A stretch of 64,000 nucleotides of DNA from Felis catus (Eukaryota), in assembly GCF_018350175.1 (NCBI RefSeq), contig NC_058368.1:95048001-95112000 (forward strand), given 5' to 3'. The notes under the pieces are model-generated. The model was not told where the DNA came from, searched no databases, and saw only the letters and a program-made list of their open reading frames with translations. Positions 11,673 through 25,273 of the stretch are shown in pieces (position 1 is the stretch's first letter; each line of letters starts with the position of its first letter). A program made the translations under genes and the position numbers.

Positions 11673-14600
11673 AGGAGGGGTGCACTTTTTACAGTGCAGT
11701 TTTCGGGGCCACATCAGTGTCAAAAAGGAGGAGCAGTCTGTGGTTACTGGTGTTCATCATTACGACCTGGCTCGTATCTGTCTCCCCAACTACAATTACA
11801 GGCACCTCAAAGGGAGAGGCGCGTTTACAAAAGATCACAGATTGAGCATTTATTGTCTGTTTTTGTGAGCAAGACACTGTCTCAGGCACCGTGGCCAGTT
11901 GGGAGAGGAGGGAGGGCTAATGTACAAGAACTTGAAAGGAAGCAGTATTGAGAGCCCTCAGGCGTCTTCTCATCCTAGCAGTCCGAGGTGAGGGGCTTGC
12001 CCTGGCTTTCCTGGCTGTGCCCAGGGTTAAGAATATACACCAGGGTTTCCATGAACCGCCCCTGCCAATAAGGTTGAGCATTTCTCACAATTCAGTTGAT
12101 TTGGAGGAGTTTATGAGAATGGCTTCTACTGGATTGTCTTTTGCCTTCTTTTCTCCTCTTTCATTGTTTTGTATCCTACACTGCCCTTCCCTAGGCTGGG
12201 TTTTTTTCCCCAGTGCCTTCCCCATTGTCCCCCTACCTCCCGCCCCATTCCACTTCTCCTTCCCATTCTCTTTCCTACCTTGGAAGTTCCTACCCTTCCT
12301 GTAAGACCTTCTTCAACAAATACCGCCTCCTTTGTGAAGTCTTCCCTGATTCCCCACCCTTCCCAGCCCCTGTTAATCACTAATCTCTCTCTCCTTTCTT
12401 CCACATGAAAGTGCTCTATCAGAGCAATCAAATTGACATTATTTGTTTAGTAATCTGCCTACCATTAGGTAGTGAATCAGTGAATGAATAATCAAATATA
12501 TAATCTCTGTCCTCAGAGGATTTACAGTGTATGGGGGACACAGACACATCAATAACAAATTACAAAATAAAGTACAAATACATATGCACTGTTAGAAAAA
12601 TGCTAGACATTTTAAGTTTTAATTTTTCCAGAAAGGCTTAGATTTACTCATGTAGCTCATTTTGTCATAGACTGGAGCCTTGAAGCAGTTACTGCAAATT
12701 GCACCAGAGTTTCTTCTTTAAAGGCCTTAGTGCTAGCTGGTCTCAGAAGCTCTGTTACGTATACATACCCTGGTAACACACATCAGACTGACATAGCGTT
12801 TGCCTTTTACTTGCACATACAGGCTGTTGAAATATACATGAAATGTTAAGAGGATGGTATTGGTACGGTAACCAGAGCACCTCCACGTTCTATGAAATCC
12901 CTGACCTAGTTACGTTACTGAAAGCATAGCTTTAAGTGCACATAATGCCCAGCACACGGAAGAAATTGTTATCTCGACAAAAGTAAATTTTGCATTCCCC
13001 AAGTTCTGTATTATTAAATCTGTGATCTTAATATTGCATTAGAGTAGATATTTTATTCAATTGTGTGGACAATGAAATCAGAACTCAGAAAGATATAGCT
13101 GGCCCAGAATCCCCTGGGTGTGAAAAGATGGTATTTATTTTATCTACTCCTGACAATGAAGTTTCAATTGTTACTTAAAGCTCCTACTAGCAAAATATCC
13201 ATTCAGACGGGGGTTGATCCTTCACAGTCACACTTGACATTAAATATTTTGTCATCAGAACTAAGCAATTGAACATTCCTGCTCTAAAAATGGGTGGAGT
13301 TGGATCTTCCAAAATGTTGGATAAAGAAAATTAAACATGGCCAAAAAAAGACAGTTATTGCCAAGTTAAACAAATGGATTTGGGGCTTGCTAAATAAAAT
13401 AAACTATTTCTGATGATTCAATGCAAGAAAATATGTGGACTCTCCCCCTATGTGTAGGGAAGTATTTCTCACCTAAGTGCTTTGAGAAGGTGATCTTTTA
13501 TACCTAATAGGCCATGAACAGGTGAAGGTATACATGAGGTTGGAGAAGGAATTCTTTTCCATCTGCCTCCAGAGAACTGAAGTTCTAACTCTGTGCTAGA
13601 AGAAGAGGGGAGATAACGTGTCCTCAGGTCTCTTTATCAAACCAGTTGGTTCTAATGAAATCTAATTGTTCGTCTTAAACAGTCAGGGTTAACAGCATGG
13701 CATGAAAGCCAGTAACAACTTTCAGTTAAAAGTCAACCCTGAGACCACAAAACCTTAGATAAGATTAAATTTTAACATGCAAACAGCTCTCCACTGATAA
13801 CACTCAAGTCTAAATACCACAAAGGCATATTAAAAAAGGAACAAAGACACCACTTTGAGAACGAAACAAAGTGGGGGGATGAGAAATACAGATTTTTCTT
13901 TAATTAGCAACTTCTGCAGGATATAAGTTGCAGGTACAGTTTCCTGGAGGTCCTATCATTTGAGTGAATCTAGCTGTACAGCAGTTTGCACTCTCCAGGC
14001 TCACGAGAGGTTAAACACCTAATCACCAAATGGGTAGCCCTCTCTCCGGCTTCCTTTTCCTTTTTTCATTTCCTCTCTTAACAATTGGATACTATTCTTA
14101 AGTGATTAGCATAGCGCACGGTCTCTCTTCTCATTTTCCAACTTCATCCTTTGGAACCAAAAGTGAATAACAAGCCTTCGTGAACTTCCTGCCATGTTTC
14201 TCGCTTGTGAATAGAATGTGGATTTCTGGAAGTGCCCAGTTAAAGTATGCCATGTAAGCCCCAGTGTCCTGATGAGCAGTGCCTCTCACCACACTCTGTC
14301 CTCATGGGCCTTTAAGGTGTGGTGCTGACATTGCAGAAGCAGTTTGATTATGAGGCAAGCCGGCTCAGGTAAATTAACTTAATGAAACAGATGACTCTGT
14401 ATATGTCTAAGTATACCTTTGAAACTGACGAGGTTCGGATTTCCACTCAGCTAATGAGCCTGTGATAGGACCTCGGCAGAAGTGTCATCCTTCTGCCACT
14501 AAAAGCCTTTCTGCAGCCCTGCTTCCTATCTTTCTGTTGGAAAACTAGGCAGAACCTTACCAGCTGCCAAACTTCCAAAACGCAAACAGCAGTGGTTGCC

Positions 14601-15017
14601 TATCTGAGTTGTGATTGATGATACACAAAAACGCATGGACACTTCACAGATAATTCTGGCCCACAACAAATTAAGGATTTAAACCTTTGTGCTCGGTAGA
14701 TAGCCAGTGTATTGTTGGGGACTGCTGTGGCTCTATAATTATATCCAGCCTGATAATCATCCATTCTACTGCTGTGAATGGCTGGTGCCCAGGGACTTTA
14801 ATTTCACTGTCCCCCGCCACCAGATAATGCCTGACCCTGTGTCACTTTGTGCAGAACACTGAAGGAGACAAATGAGTTTTTCTCAGACTCTGTTAAATTA
14901 ACTAATGGATTCTGGTTGTGAAGCTGGCATAATGATAAGCCTAGGCTCTGTTGGTACTGGGTGGACCCGTAGACAGTCTCTTAAGGGTGCTATTAACCTC
15001 GGGCATTAAAATAAAAC

Positions 15018-15022
<5 letters not shown>

Positions 15023-15062
<40 letters not shown>
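15023..15062. repeat. (CA)n microsatellite
   Basis: Read directly. Confidence 0.97.
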
Positions 15063-15064
<2 letters not shown>

Positions 15065-15877
15065 AAGAATCTGGCCAGTGTCAACGGAGAATCTGTTTAG
15101 TATGAATAGTGATTAATTGAATGCTTTATATTTCAACCAGTTATTTTAATATCCTGAGACACAGCTATAAGAGAGCTGTTCCAAAGTAGCCTCCCACTAA
15201 GGATGAAGTAAACAATATTCATCAGCATCTCCCTGTTTTCCTTGAGGGCTGTGTTTTATTCTCCTAATCAGAAGGTGGCTTATATTCAATATGGCTGCAC
15301 ATCCGTCCACTTGAAATAAATGTTGTCAGTCTTAAGTATCTTTGAATGAAAATAACTACTAATTACTTACATTCTCATCTAAAAGGCACTGTTTCTTCCA
15401 ATCACTGGTATAGGACATCATATTGTAGAGCAGGGTAACTGTACAAAATCTAATGTTGTAGCTATAGAGACACTCCTTGTCACACATGGTCTTAATTTTT
15501 AATATGTATTTTTCTTTCAGTTCACTAAAATATTACGGGTTTCATTTTCATGCAGCTGAAAAGATAAATGTCCTTTCCCATGTTCCCATCAGAATTCTGT
15601 GTGTTCTGGGAAGTTAAAAAATTATAACTCAACTGTTCCATACTGTATTAAGACTGAAATTTGGCATCCCAGATGCGAAGTTGTTTCCAAGAGGAAACAG
15701 AATCTGGTACTTTTTTTTAGAGGAAAAAACATTTTTAAAGTTTAATTTATTATTCAAAAAGACTCCTACTTTTCTGCTTTGTTTTAAACAAAATTGTATA
15801 CACTCTTGTATACAATTGTGTCCCCTTTGGATTTACAAGGAGTGAAAACGCATATTAATCTAAAATTTTTACCTTTT

Positions 15878-16184
15878 GGGGTGCCTGGCTGGCTCAGTTG
15901 GTAGAGCATGCGACTTGATCTCAGGGTAGTGAGTTTGAGCCCCCTGTTGGGTATAGAAATTGCTTAAGAATAAAATCTTAAAGGGGTGTTTTGGGCCGAC
16001 TGGTGGCTCAGTCGGTTAAGTGTCTGACTCTTGATTTCAGCTCAGGTCATGATCTCATGGTTGTGAGATCGGGCCGCACGTTGGGCTCTGTGTTGGGTGT
16101 GGAGCCTGCTTGGGATTCTCTCTCTGCCTCTCCCCTGCTTGGTCTCTCTCTTTATCTCTCAAAATATTAAAAGAAAATAAAAAA
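15878..16184 (+). mobile_element. Composite: short tRNA-derived SINE monomer (15878-~15982) followed by a Can-SINE
   Basis: Two tggctcag A-box heads in tandem within one near-identical TSD pair taaaa(a/t)ttttaccttt. Confidence 0.88.
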
Positions 16185-16334
16185 TAAAAATTTTACCTTT
16201 AAAAATAGGCTAGGGAATATGCAGAAGTTGTAGAACCTTTCCCAGTGACCAAAGATACCTGCTTACCATTATTTTAGGTGGCATATTTTCAGAAGGGCTC
16301 TCTCTGCTCAAGAGGAATTTATTTTTGCAAAAAT

Positions 16335-16560
16335 AATAATACTTTGTTGTGTTTACCACGCGTCAGGCACTGATCTAACTCCTGTAATGGCTCACTTAGT
16401 CCTCGAGACACTCTGAGATGCCTGCTATTATTACCCCCATGTCCCAGGTGAGGAGACTTCCCCAGGCCACAAACTGGTAAGTGGGGTGGATGGACTAGAA
16501 CCCTGGGTGAGCTGGCCCCAAAGCCTACATCCTGAGCGATGGTGCACCCTGCCCTCTAAT
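16335..16560 (-). mobile_element. MIR
   Basis: Antisense MIR core (tattattacccccat..gtgaggagact..ctggtaagtgg). Confidence 0.65.
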
Positions 16561-17209
16561 TAGAGTATTTCCCAGGTCTTAAATGCGTAAACCTTTCATA
16601 GGTGCTTATTAGTCTGCGTGCAGGGCATTGTACTAGACATTGGGCAGTGAGGATGGGGAAGGTCTGGAGGGGGGAGAAAAGAAACAAAGTTTTAAAAACA
16701 CATGATTCCTACTGCAGTTTTCTGAGCCAGATGGAAAGGACTCAGTGACTGTAATATGATATAATGAACTCTGCCTTTTCCAACTGGTCCTTCCAATTTG
16801 AGAAATTGTGGGAAGATTAGTGTCCCTGAGGCATTCGGGTCCTGGTGGGGGGTATAACTGCATACCCAGGCCCAATCTAACTGGAGACATTTCCAGGGCC
16901 AACCCTTCTAAAATCACCCTAAACCCAGTGGTAGAAGTCCTCACCTGCATCACAATCCTCGTTACTTTCCCCCAAACTCCTGTGGACCTCAATAACAATG
17001 CCTTTGGATGTGGTTGCTTTGAAACTGCTGGCTCTCAGTGCTCTGTCACACATAAGCCAATTGTTCAAGTGTCATTAGCACAGACCCAGACAGAGATGAC
17101 AGGTATAAACAGTTTGTAATTTACAAAGTGCAGGATCAGGTTACTCCGTGCCCTTTGCCAGCAGCTCACAAACACACCTCAGCTTGGCCCTGAGTGTGAC
17201 CGTCCACAT

Positions 17210-17239
17210 GCTTTTTAAAAAAAAAATGTTTATTCATTT

Positions 17240-17290
<51 letters not shown>

Positions 17291-17354
17291 CAAATGAGGG
17301 GGGAAGGGGCAGAGAGAGAGGGACAGAGGACCCAAAGCAGGCTCTGTGCTGCAT
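17210..17354 (-). mobile_element. 5'-truncated Can-SINE with long (GA)n
   Basis: SINE 3' half only; TSD accgtccacat at 17199-17209 and 17355-17365. Confidence 0.9.
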
Positions 17355-17483
17355 ACCGTCCACATTTTGACCACACTGTTTTAAAATGAATCCTATGCAC
17401 CTATTAAATGTACCTATTAGTTAACATTTTGGTCTTTTGAGTCCTTTTAACTGTTCACTCAAACTGCAAAGCTATTGGTTATT

Positions 17484-17701
17484 GTCTTCTTTTTTTAATA
17501 GTTATTTATTCTTGAGGGAGAGAACTCAAGCAGGGGAGGGGAGAGAGAGAGAGGGAGGGAGACACAGAATCCGAAGCAGGCTCCGGGTTCCAAGCTGTCA
17601 GCACAGAGCCCAACGGGGGGGGGGGCTCGAACCCACGAACTGCGAGGTCATGACCTGAGCCAAAGTTGGATGCTTAACCGACTGAGCCACCCAGGCGCCC
17701 C
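17484..17701 (-). mobile_element. Can-SINE
   Basis: Full body; TSD ctattggtta. Confidence 0.95.
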
Positions 17702-18339
17702 ACTATTGGTTAATTTCTAAGGTAACAATTCAAAATGCCCCCATGCCAACTAAATGAACACATGTGCCATAGAATACGACTGTTCTTCTACTCCATGCTG
17801 AAGGTTTCCTTCTTTGTCTTTCCGTTTTGTAACCTGTGGTGCACCTGTGCATTGGACATGGTGGGTTTGAAATGACTAGCCTCTAAAGAGACCCCGCCTT
17901 TGGTGCTCTGTGCGCAGATGCGGGATTTCTGACAGCTCTTCAACCTGCTTAGCTGCCTTCTGCATTTCTCAATGCTGACATGTTTCAGTAAAACTTTTGA
18001 GTAACTGGAATACTTGGGGGAGGGAGCGATTCTGGGTGAGTGATTTCCTGGCTAAACTGGAAGTTACTTAGAAAGCCCTTGTTATTGAAGATCTTTCCAA
18101 AGCATATCAGTGCACTTTCCTCTGGAGTGAGGCTGCACGTAGCTATCTGGAAGGGCTACAGAGCATACTTAGCAAAGCTACAAACAACTCTTCAGCTCCT
18201 CGTCCCTTTCTCCTGCTCAAAAGCAGCCCCTCTCTGGATCGGTGAGGCAGCTGGGAGGCCAGACCCTTACTACTCTCTGCCAAACCTCTTTCCCATCTCA
18301 GGGCAGAGACCTCACTTCTACCAGGTGGATACAACCAAG

Positions 18340-18790
18340 GCCAGGAGGCCATCAGCCCTCCCTTTCCTTCCTGGCACCTCCAGGCTTCACGCCCTCCATT
18401 CTCCACTTGCATCCAAGGCTGCCCCTTCCTTCCCTGGCACTTGGGGTCATCTCCCCACTCTCCCCAAGGAGGCTGATCGGCTCTTTGCCCTTTCTCTCCC
18501 AACCCACTGACACGGCCAGAAACCAGCAAGACAGAATCCACTGGCTTATCTCAGCAAGCCTTGTTGATTATTCCTGGATACAGCCGGAGTTCCTTTCCTT
18601 CTGTCCATCCCTGCTGCCCCCACTGTTGTGCTGAATTCACATGTACAGAGCATAAATCAGACCTGTCACCCCGCTGCTTCCCAGTGCACTTGGAACTACC
18701 GTGCTCCTGTGGGCTTAGCTCCTGCAAGGAGCAGGATACCCCGTGCTGAGCCCCACATGGAGCACATAGTTATTGAATGAATATGAATGA
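18340..18790 (+). mobile_element. Degraded L2
   Basis: Pyrimidine-rich L2-like body ending ttattgaatgaatatgaatgaa. Confidence 0.55.
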
Positions 18791-19623
18791 ACACATCAAG
18801 ACTTTATATTTTAACTGTAGAAGCCTTTCCGAGAAGGACTACAGAAACCCAAGCAGAAACCTAACTTCAGTAAGGAACGACTGAAGAAATTCACATGTTA
18901 AGCTTTCTAGCATTTGAAATGCCTTACTGATCCTTATTCGTACATAAATCAGGCCCCCCATCCTGGAAGAGAGAAGCATTTAACGTAATACAAATACCCG
19001 TCTTTGGCTAAGGAAATGAGGCTCTAAAGAAAAGCACAGACATTCTGTTGAGAAACAGTGGCCAGGGTGGCCCAAGGGAAGGAAGAAGGGCAGCGTGGTG
19101 CACCGGGTGAGGGGGGTCCGTACTAAGAAGTAAGCTCGTGGGGGGTAACCTTGCCCAACCGAGGCTACAGTCAGACAAAGGAATAAGGTCATTGACCTGG
19201 CCGGGAAACAGGGATGCAAGTCTGCACACAGTCAGAGTTGGCTTTCCCGTGCTTAGGGCAAAGGGACAGGAAGGATTTGGGTGGAGATGAATAGAAATTG
19301 CAGTGATGAGCAAAAGGCACGGAGTCAGGAGGAGGTTGTTGTGAGAACATACGAGGAAGCAGCAGGGGGTTATTGATAGGCAGGTGCTCTTTGGATGTTG
19401 AACGATTTGAAACTGATCAAGGTCATATGGCAGTTATCCTGACTTTGCAAACGGGATTCATTGAGTTGATGGTGTTTCAGATAGGAATGTGCACTGCCAA
19501 GAAAGAGGGCTGCCCTCAAGCTGAGGGAGAAAATGGGTGGCAGGCCATGCATGCATTAGCATGTACTGATGTCCCACTCATCCCAGCAGAGCTGATGCGG
19601 AGCCGAGGGAGAAATAAAAATAC

Positions 19624-19843
19624 GTGGCACCTGAGGCGCCTGGTGCCTCAGTTGGTTAAGCCTCCGACTTCAGCTCAGGTCATGATCTCATGGTTCGTGG
19701 GTTCAAGCCCCACACTGGGCTCTGTGCTGACAGCTCAGAGCCTGGAGTCTGCTTCAGGTTCTGTGTCTCCCTTTCTCTCTGCCCCCTCCCCCGCTCGTGC
19801 TCTGTCTCTCTCTCAAAAATGAATAAGCATAAAAAAAAAAAAA
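19624..19843 (+). mobile_element. Can-SINE
   Basis: ggcgcctggtgcctcag head, body, polyA. Confidence 0.93.
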
Positions 19844-20131
19844 TACACAGCACCTCTCCACACTTCTGTGTTATATAGGTCTACAGCTTTTATGTAGGTC
19901 GTGTTTATAACTACGAAGGGTAGCTCCTGCCTCAGAGGCTCCTCCTGTAAATGATTCTGTAACACAGGCTACACCCACTTCCCTCGAGTTTTTGTCAATC
20001 CAGATTTTCCTCCACTGAGATGGATTAGAGCAGGCATCCTCTAGAACATTCTAAACCAGAAAGAGACACTAGTCATTTTGCTCAGCCTTTTGTTTTTTAA
20101 GGCTTTTTTAAAAAAAACATGAAAAAAACTT

Positions 20132-20339
20132 GGGGCGCCTGGGTGACTTGGTCGGTTACGTGTCTGACTCTTGATTTCTTCTCAGGATGTGATCTCAGTT
20201 TGTGAGTTTGAGCCCCACATCGCGCTCCCCACTGGGTGTGGAACCTGCTTGGGATGCTCTCCCTCCCCCGCTCTCTGCCCCTTCATTGCTCGCTCTCTGT
20301 GTCTCTCTCTCAAAAATGAACTTAAAAAAAAATTTTTTT
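20132..20339 (+). mobile_element. Can-SINE
   Basis: ggggcgcctgggtg head; TSD aacatgaaaaaaa. Confidence 0.93.
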
Positions 20340-21859
20340 AACATGAAAAAAATTAAACGCCACCCCTGAAATAGCTCCGTCAACTCAATCCTGGTTACTC
20401 AGAAGGAAATGATGTCAGATAAAGTTGCCCACCTGGCTTTTAGCTCACCCAGCTCTGTCTGTCTGCAAGGGAGATAATAATTTCCTTTGCATAGGCAGGT
20501 TCGCTAGAATCGTCAGAAAACACGGAAGGCACGGTGGTGAAGCAGCAGGCAGCCCTAGGAAATTCGCCCTCATCGCCCTCCGCCTCCCTGTTGCAATTAG
20601 ATTAGTTCTTTGGTATTATTTTAAGAGTGATTGGAATTTAATTTTAGTCAGGAAGAGTTGAGCCCATTGTTTACTTACAAACAAACAAAAGAATCCTCTC
20701 CCCAGCACTAGGATTCCTGCTTGGCTGGCTTTAAATAGATGAGGCTGACCAGATATTTACCATCAGCTTGGTGAAGAAAGAGACATTGTCCCAGGGAACC
20801 AAAGTCATGGGAACTGAGTCCACACAGTGATGTATTGCTAACTGGGAGTAGACTATGACCAATCAAAGTCTCACTGTACATTTCACAGAGGTGGGACCGA
20901 AACAGGAAAAGAAAAAGTCCCTAAGTGCCAGCACGTTGGGAAGACATCATCATAATAAAATTGTGAAACAAATCCTGGCAGGCAAACAGCAAAACAACAG
21001 TAATGACAAGCTGCAATATGCTTATCAGGGTTTGACCAAGAAAAAAGGGCCCCCGACCTTTCAGCGGACCCTGGCAAAAATCCCAGGTCCTGCAACTCCC
21101 GAATAGCGCCATGTGCACGGTTTCCTTCAGGTACTGCATTGTCAGCGGCCAGATGTTCTCAGCAGTCAAGGAACAGCTGCACAATGCAAGCAGCCTCTGA
21201 ATGGCCAGAGAGCTTTTTATTCAGGCCTCGTGTGATTTAAAAAAAAAAAAAAAAAAAAAAACCACTGGTGTTCTTTTGTGCCTTACAAAGGCAGTACTTT
21301 TCTGGCTGCAAGTTCAAGACTCATGGGCTATTAGGAGAGGCAAGATGGACAATGTATTAGCATGTGTGGGAAAGAAAAGAATAGGCGTGCCTTAAAATTG
21401 AGTCCGTAATAAGAACAGCCCAATATTTGGAACACCTACCTGGCCAGAAGCAGTTCGGATATCAGTTAGAAGTTAAGTGTTTTGATTCCTGTGTTTTTGA
21501 TGAAAAGCCTTTGGCAACAATCTCCCTCTCTCTCTCTCTGTCTCTCTCTGTCTCACACGCACACACACACACACACACTCACGCACATACTCATAGGGAC
21601 CTATCAATAGGAAACCACGGCATGCTTTCATAATAAATACGTTTCTTGAGAGGAGGGTGGGAATGGAAGATAAAATCACAGGACAGTTCGAGCAGGAGCT
21701 CATCGAATCCAGTCCCTCGGTCTGCAGAGAATCCGTTCTTCCAGAGAGGCCAAGTGGCTTGTGCAAAAAACACATAGACGCTTCACGAATAACCAAGCTC
21801 TGAACACCCCCGTGGGGAGGACGCCCTGGGGCTTGCATGTGGTACCCTGCGTGTGGGAC

Positions 21860-22092
21860 AGTGTTTAGGGGTCAGCACAGACCAGATCATGAGTTTTTGT
21901 TGTCATTCAGTCTGGGCTTGAATCCCTAGACTTGTTGTTTTCCAGTTGTATGACCGAGGGAAAGGTTCCTGTACCTACCTAAAAAAGTGGAAATGATAGT
22001 AACACATGCCTGTGGGGTTGCTGTGGAGATTAAATGAACCAGTAGGAAGCGCCTAGGTAAATGCGGGTTACTATGATCATTGCTATTATTAT
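21860..22092 (+). mobile_element. MIR
   Basis: ctgggcttgaatccc...ggggttgctgtggagattaaatga. Confidence 0.7.
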
Positions 22093-22180
22093 TAACGGTA
22101 GGGTTTTCGCCTTCTCGGCAATTTTAACACGTTTAGGAAAAAAGAAGGAACAGGGAGGACGTGCAAGACGACCGCAAACA

Positions 22181-22388
22181 GGGTCGCCTGGGTGGCTCAG
22201 TCAGTTAAGCGTCCAACTTCAGCTCAGGGCGTGATCTCACGGTCTGTGAGTTCAAGCCCCCGTGTCGGGCTCTGTGCTGACAGTTTAGAGCCTGGAGCCT
22301 GCCTCCGATTCTGTGTCTCCCTCTCCCTCTGCCCCTCCCCCACTTGTGCTCTCTTTCTCTCAAAAATAAATAAAAACATTAAACAAAA
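22181..22388 (+). mobile_element. Can-SINE
   Basis: Full body; degenerate TSD ending ...caaaca. Confidence 0.95.
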
Positions 22389-23032
22389 AAGGCAACCACA
22401 AACATATAAGAACACGCATATGGGTAATAAATGCAAGACAGATCACACGAGCCAAATGTGTCATTGCTTTATCTGCTCTTAAAAACACAGGCCACAGGCT
22501 TTGTGGGAATAGCTATCTTCAGTCGTCACCAATGAATCTTACATTTCTCCAGTCCATCTGCTTGGGCTCAGTGATTTGAGTTTGTTTATTCCAGAGTTAG
22601 TAACAGGCGCTTTTTGATTCTTTAAAAACATCTTCCCTTCCTCAAAATGATGTATTGTTGGGCATTACCATTTTTTTTCCTGGTGACTGGTGGGTGTCCT
22701 GAAGTGAGTGATGGGGATGGCCAAGATGCAAACCTCACCGCCCCCCTCCCCCCCAGCGATTGTCACCCTCACGCTCGTGGAGCCACCTGGAGTGCTGGAA
22801 TCATGAATTCTTTCATATCTTCCATATCTCATAGCTTCCAATGCTCTCCTAGCCCATTATTTTGCATGGGTTCTCAGGATCGTTCCGTCCAGAGGAGCAG
22901 AATTTCACTTGAGGGTTGCTAGATGTGGTTTTGCTTTCAACAACGGTTTGTGATATTTTTGACTGCTATCTCAGTTGACATGTTCTGTACCTGTTTGGAT
23001 ATACTTCATGGGTGCTTTACGTTCATCTTGGA

Positions 23033-23200
23033 GGGGCACTTGGTTGGCTCAGTCACTGGAGTGTCCAGCTCTGGATCTTGGCTCAGGTCATGATCTCGCG
23101 GCTCATGAGTTTAAGCCCCACATGGGGCTCTGTGCTGACAGAGCAGAGCCTGCTTGGGATTCTCTCTCCCTCTTTCTGCCCCTCCTCTGCTCGTGCACGT

Positions 23201-23238
<38 letters not shown>

Positions 23239-23270
23239 TCTCTCTCTCTCAAAAATAAACTTTAAAAAAA
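23033..23270 (+). mobile_element. Can-SINE with internal (CA)n
   Basis: ggggcacttggttggctcag head, body, tail. Confidence 0.93.
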
Positions 23271-23621
23271 TTTTGGTGTTGGCAGTGTTTTTCCATGGAA
23301 GTCATTCATAGGAAATAACATTTTCAATGGTGGGTTCTACAATCAAGCAAATTTTTCTTCATTACATATAAGGTGTGTTTTTAACTATCTGCACCTTATC
23401 CTCATGTGCTACAGCCCAATGCCCCCATCTCTAGGAGTCAGAACAAATGGCATTTCTTTCTTCAGCACCGGACAACTTTTTTACAGTGAGATTTTAGTTG
23501 TGATGATCTGGGCAAACACGATGTGGTAGTTGTGCTTTCTAAAGCTGGGGTGGCATTGGGTTGCTTTTGGAGTTTTTGTTTGGTTTGGGTGTTCTTTCTG
23601 GAATATGGGTCACATACCCCC

Positions 23622-23877
23622 CTTTAAAAAAATTTTTTTTAATATTTTATTTATTTTTGAGACGGAGAGACAGAGCATGAACAGGGGAGGGTCAGAGAGA
23701 GGGAGACAGAGAATCTGAAACAGGCTCCAGGCTCTGAGCTGTCAGCACAGAGCCCGATGCGGGGCTCGAACTCACGGACCACGAGATCATGACCCGAGCC
23801 GAAGTCGGCCACTTAACTGACTGAGCCACCCAGGCGCCCCATAACCCCCCCTTTTTTTAAATGTTTTATTTATTTTT

Positions 23878-23917
<40 letters not shown>

Positions 23918-24039
23918 AGCAGGCTCCAGGCTCCAAGCTGTCAACACAGAGCCCGACGCGGGGCTCGAATTTGTGAACTGCAAGATGGTGACCTGAGCTG
24001 AAGTCAGACACTTAACCAACTGAGCCACCCAGGTGCCCC
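23622..24039 (-). mobile_element. Two Can-SINEs, 23624-23840 inserted at the tail of 23852-24039
   Basis: Two SINE bodies; outer TSD ggtcacata at 23608-23616 and 24042-24050. Confidence 0.93.
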
Positions 24040-24302
24040 TAGGTCACATATTCCTAATTCTAAGGCTGTTCAGAGTCTATAGACTGTGGAATATGCACAT
24101 TATCTGACATGCTATGGAAAGCATTTTTCCTGTTTTGCGGTCTGAGAACAAAACAAATCATCGACGGGCATTACTCAGAAGAATCGTCTTGCCCCTGCGG
24201 CTGGCCAGCATGCCGGACCACCATCCATAGTCTTAGGTTTCACTCCAAAGAAATGACTCCCACTCTTCCAACGTGTTAACCTATACCTTTCATTGCATTG
24301 CA

Positions 24303-24520
24303 TTTTACTTTTTAAAACTTTTTAAGTTTATTTATTTATTTTGAGAGAGAGAGCGAGAACGAGTAAGGGAGGGGCAGCAGGAGGGAGAAAGAGGATCCCA
24401 TGCAGGCTCCATGCTCAGCACGGAGCCCAACGCGGGCCTCGATCCCACAAAAAGTGAGAACACGACCTGCACCAACATTGAGAACCAGACACTTAACCAA
24501 CTGAGCCACCCAGGTGCCCC
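24303..24520 (-). mobile_element. Can-SINE
   Basis: Body and head ...gccacccaggtgcccc; TSD tcattgca. Confidence 0.93.
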
Positions 24521-25016
24521 TCATTGCAGTACATTTAAAAATTTCTCTAATGCCGACATGGGTGACTTTTTAAAAAATGTGTGCCTGATTAATTCTCCTC
24601 AAATCACACGTAAACATAAAATGACTAATGATTTCCTTCAGTAACTGATGGGTTTCCTTCAGTAACTTGATTTTCATTACTAGAGTTGGTGACACCATTT
24701 CTGTCAGTGGCAGATGCCCACCTTGAATTATTTAGAGGTCTTTGAAGTCCACAGACTTTATATTTTAGTTTCTATTTCACTTCTGGCCTTTAACCTTTTG
24801 ATTTTTATATAAAAGTTAATTATTTAGGTCATCAGTCACATCAGTTGTTCTTTCCAGTGTGTCATAAATTAACACTAGACACAGAATGCATTATATTGCT
24901 TTAGTTAATTTTTAGTTTGTTGAGTAAGCATTCTTGAGAATTTTCTGATTTCCTTGTTAATTGTGTTAAGTCTTACTTCCCATTACAGGTTCATCTTGTT
25001 TCTTTGTGCTAAACTG

Positions 25017-25103
25017 TTTTTTTTTAATTAATTAATTTATTTTGAGAGAGAAAGAGCGAGAGAGCACACACACAGAAGTGGGGAAGGGCAGAGAGAGAGA
25101 GAC

Positions 25104-25148
<45 letters not shown>

Positions 25149-25273
25149 CCTAAACAGGCTCCATGTGGTTAGCACACAGGCTGACACAGGGCTTGAACCC
25201 ACAAACCATGAGATCATGGCCTGAACAGAAACCAAAAATTGAACGCTTAACTGACTGAGCCACCCAGGTGCGT
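25017..25273 (-). mobile_element. Can-SINE
   Basis: Body with long (GA)n; TSD ctaaact. Confidence 0.93.

Noticed and set aside
15878..15950. tRNA gene
   Set aside because: A/B-box similarity only; degenerate, with an A-rich tail and TSD, so a tRNA-derived SINE.
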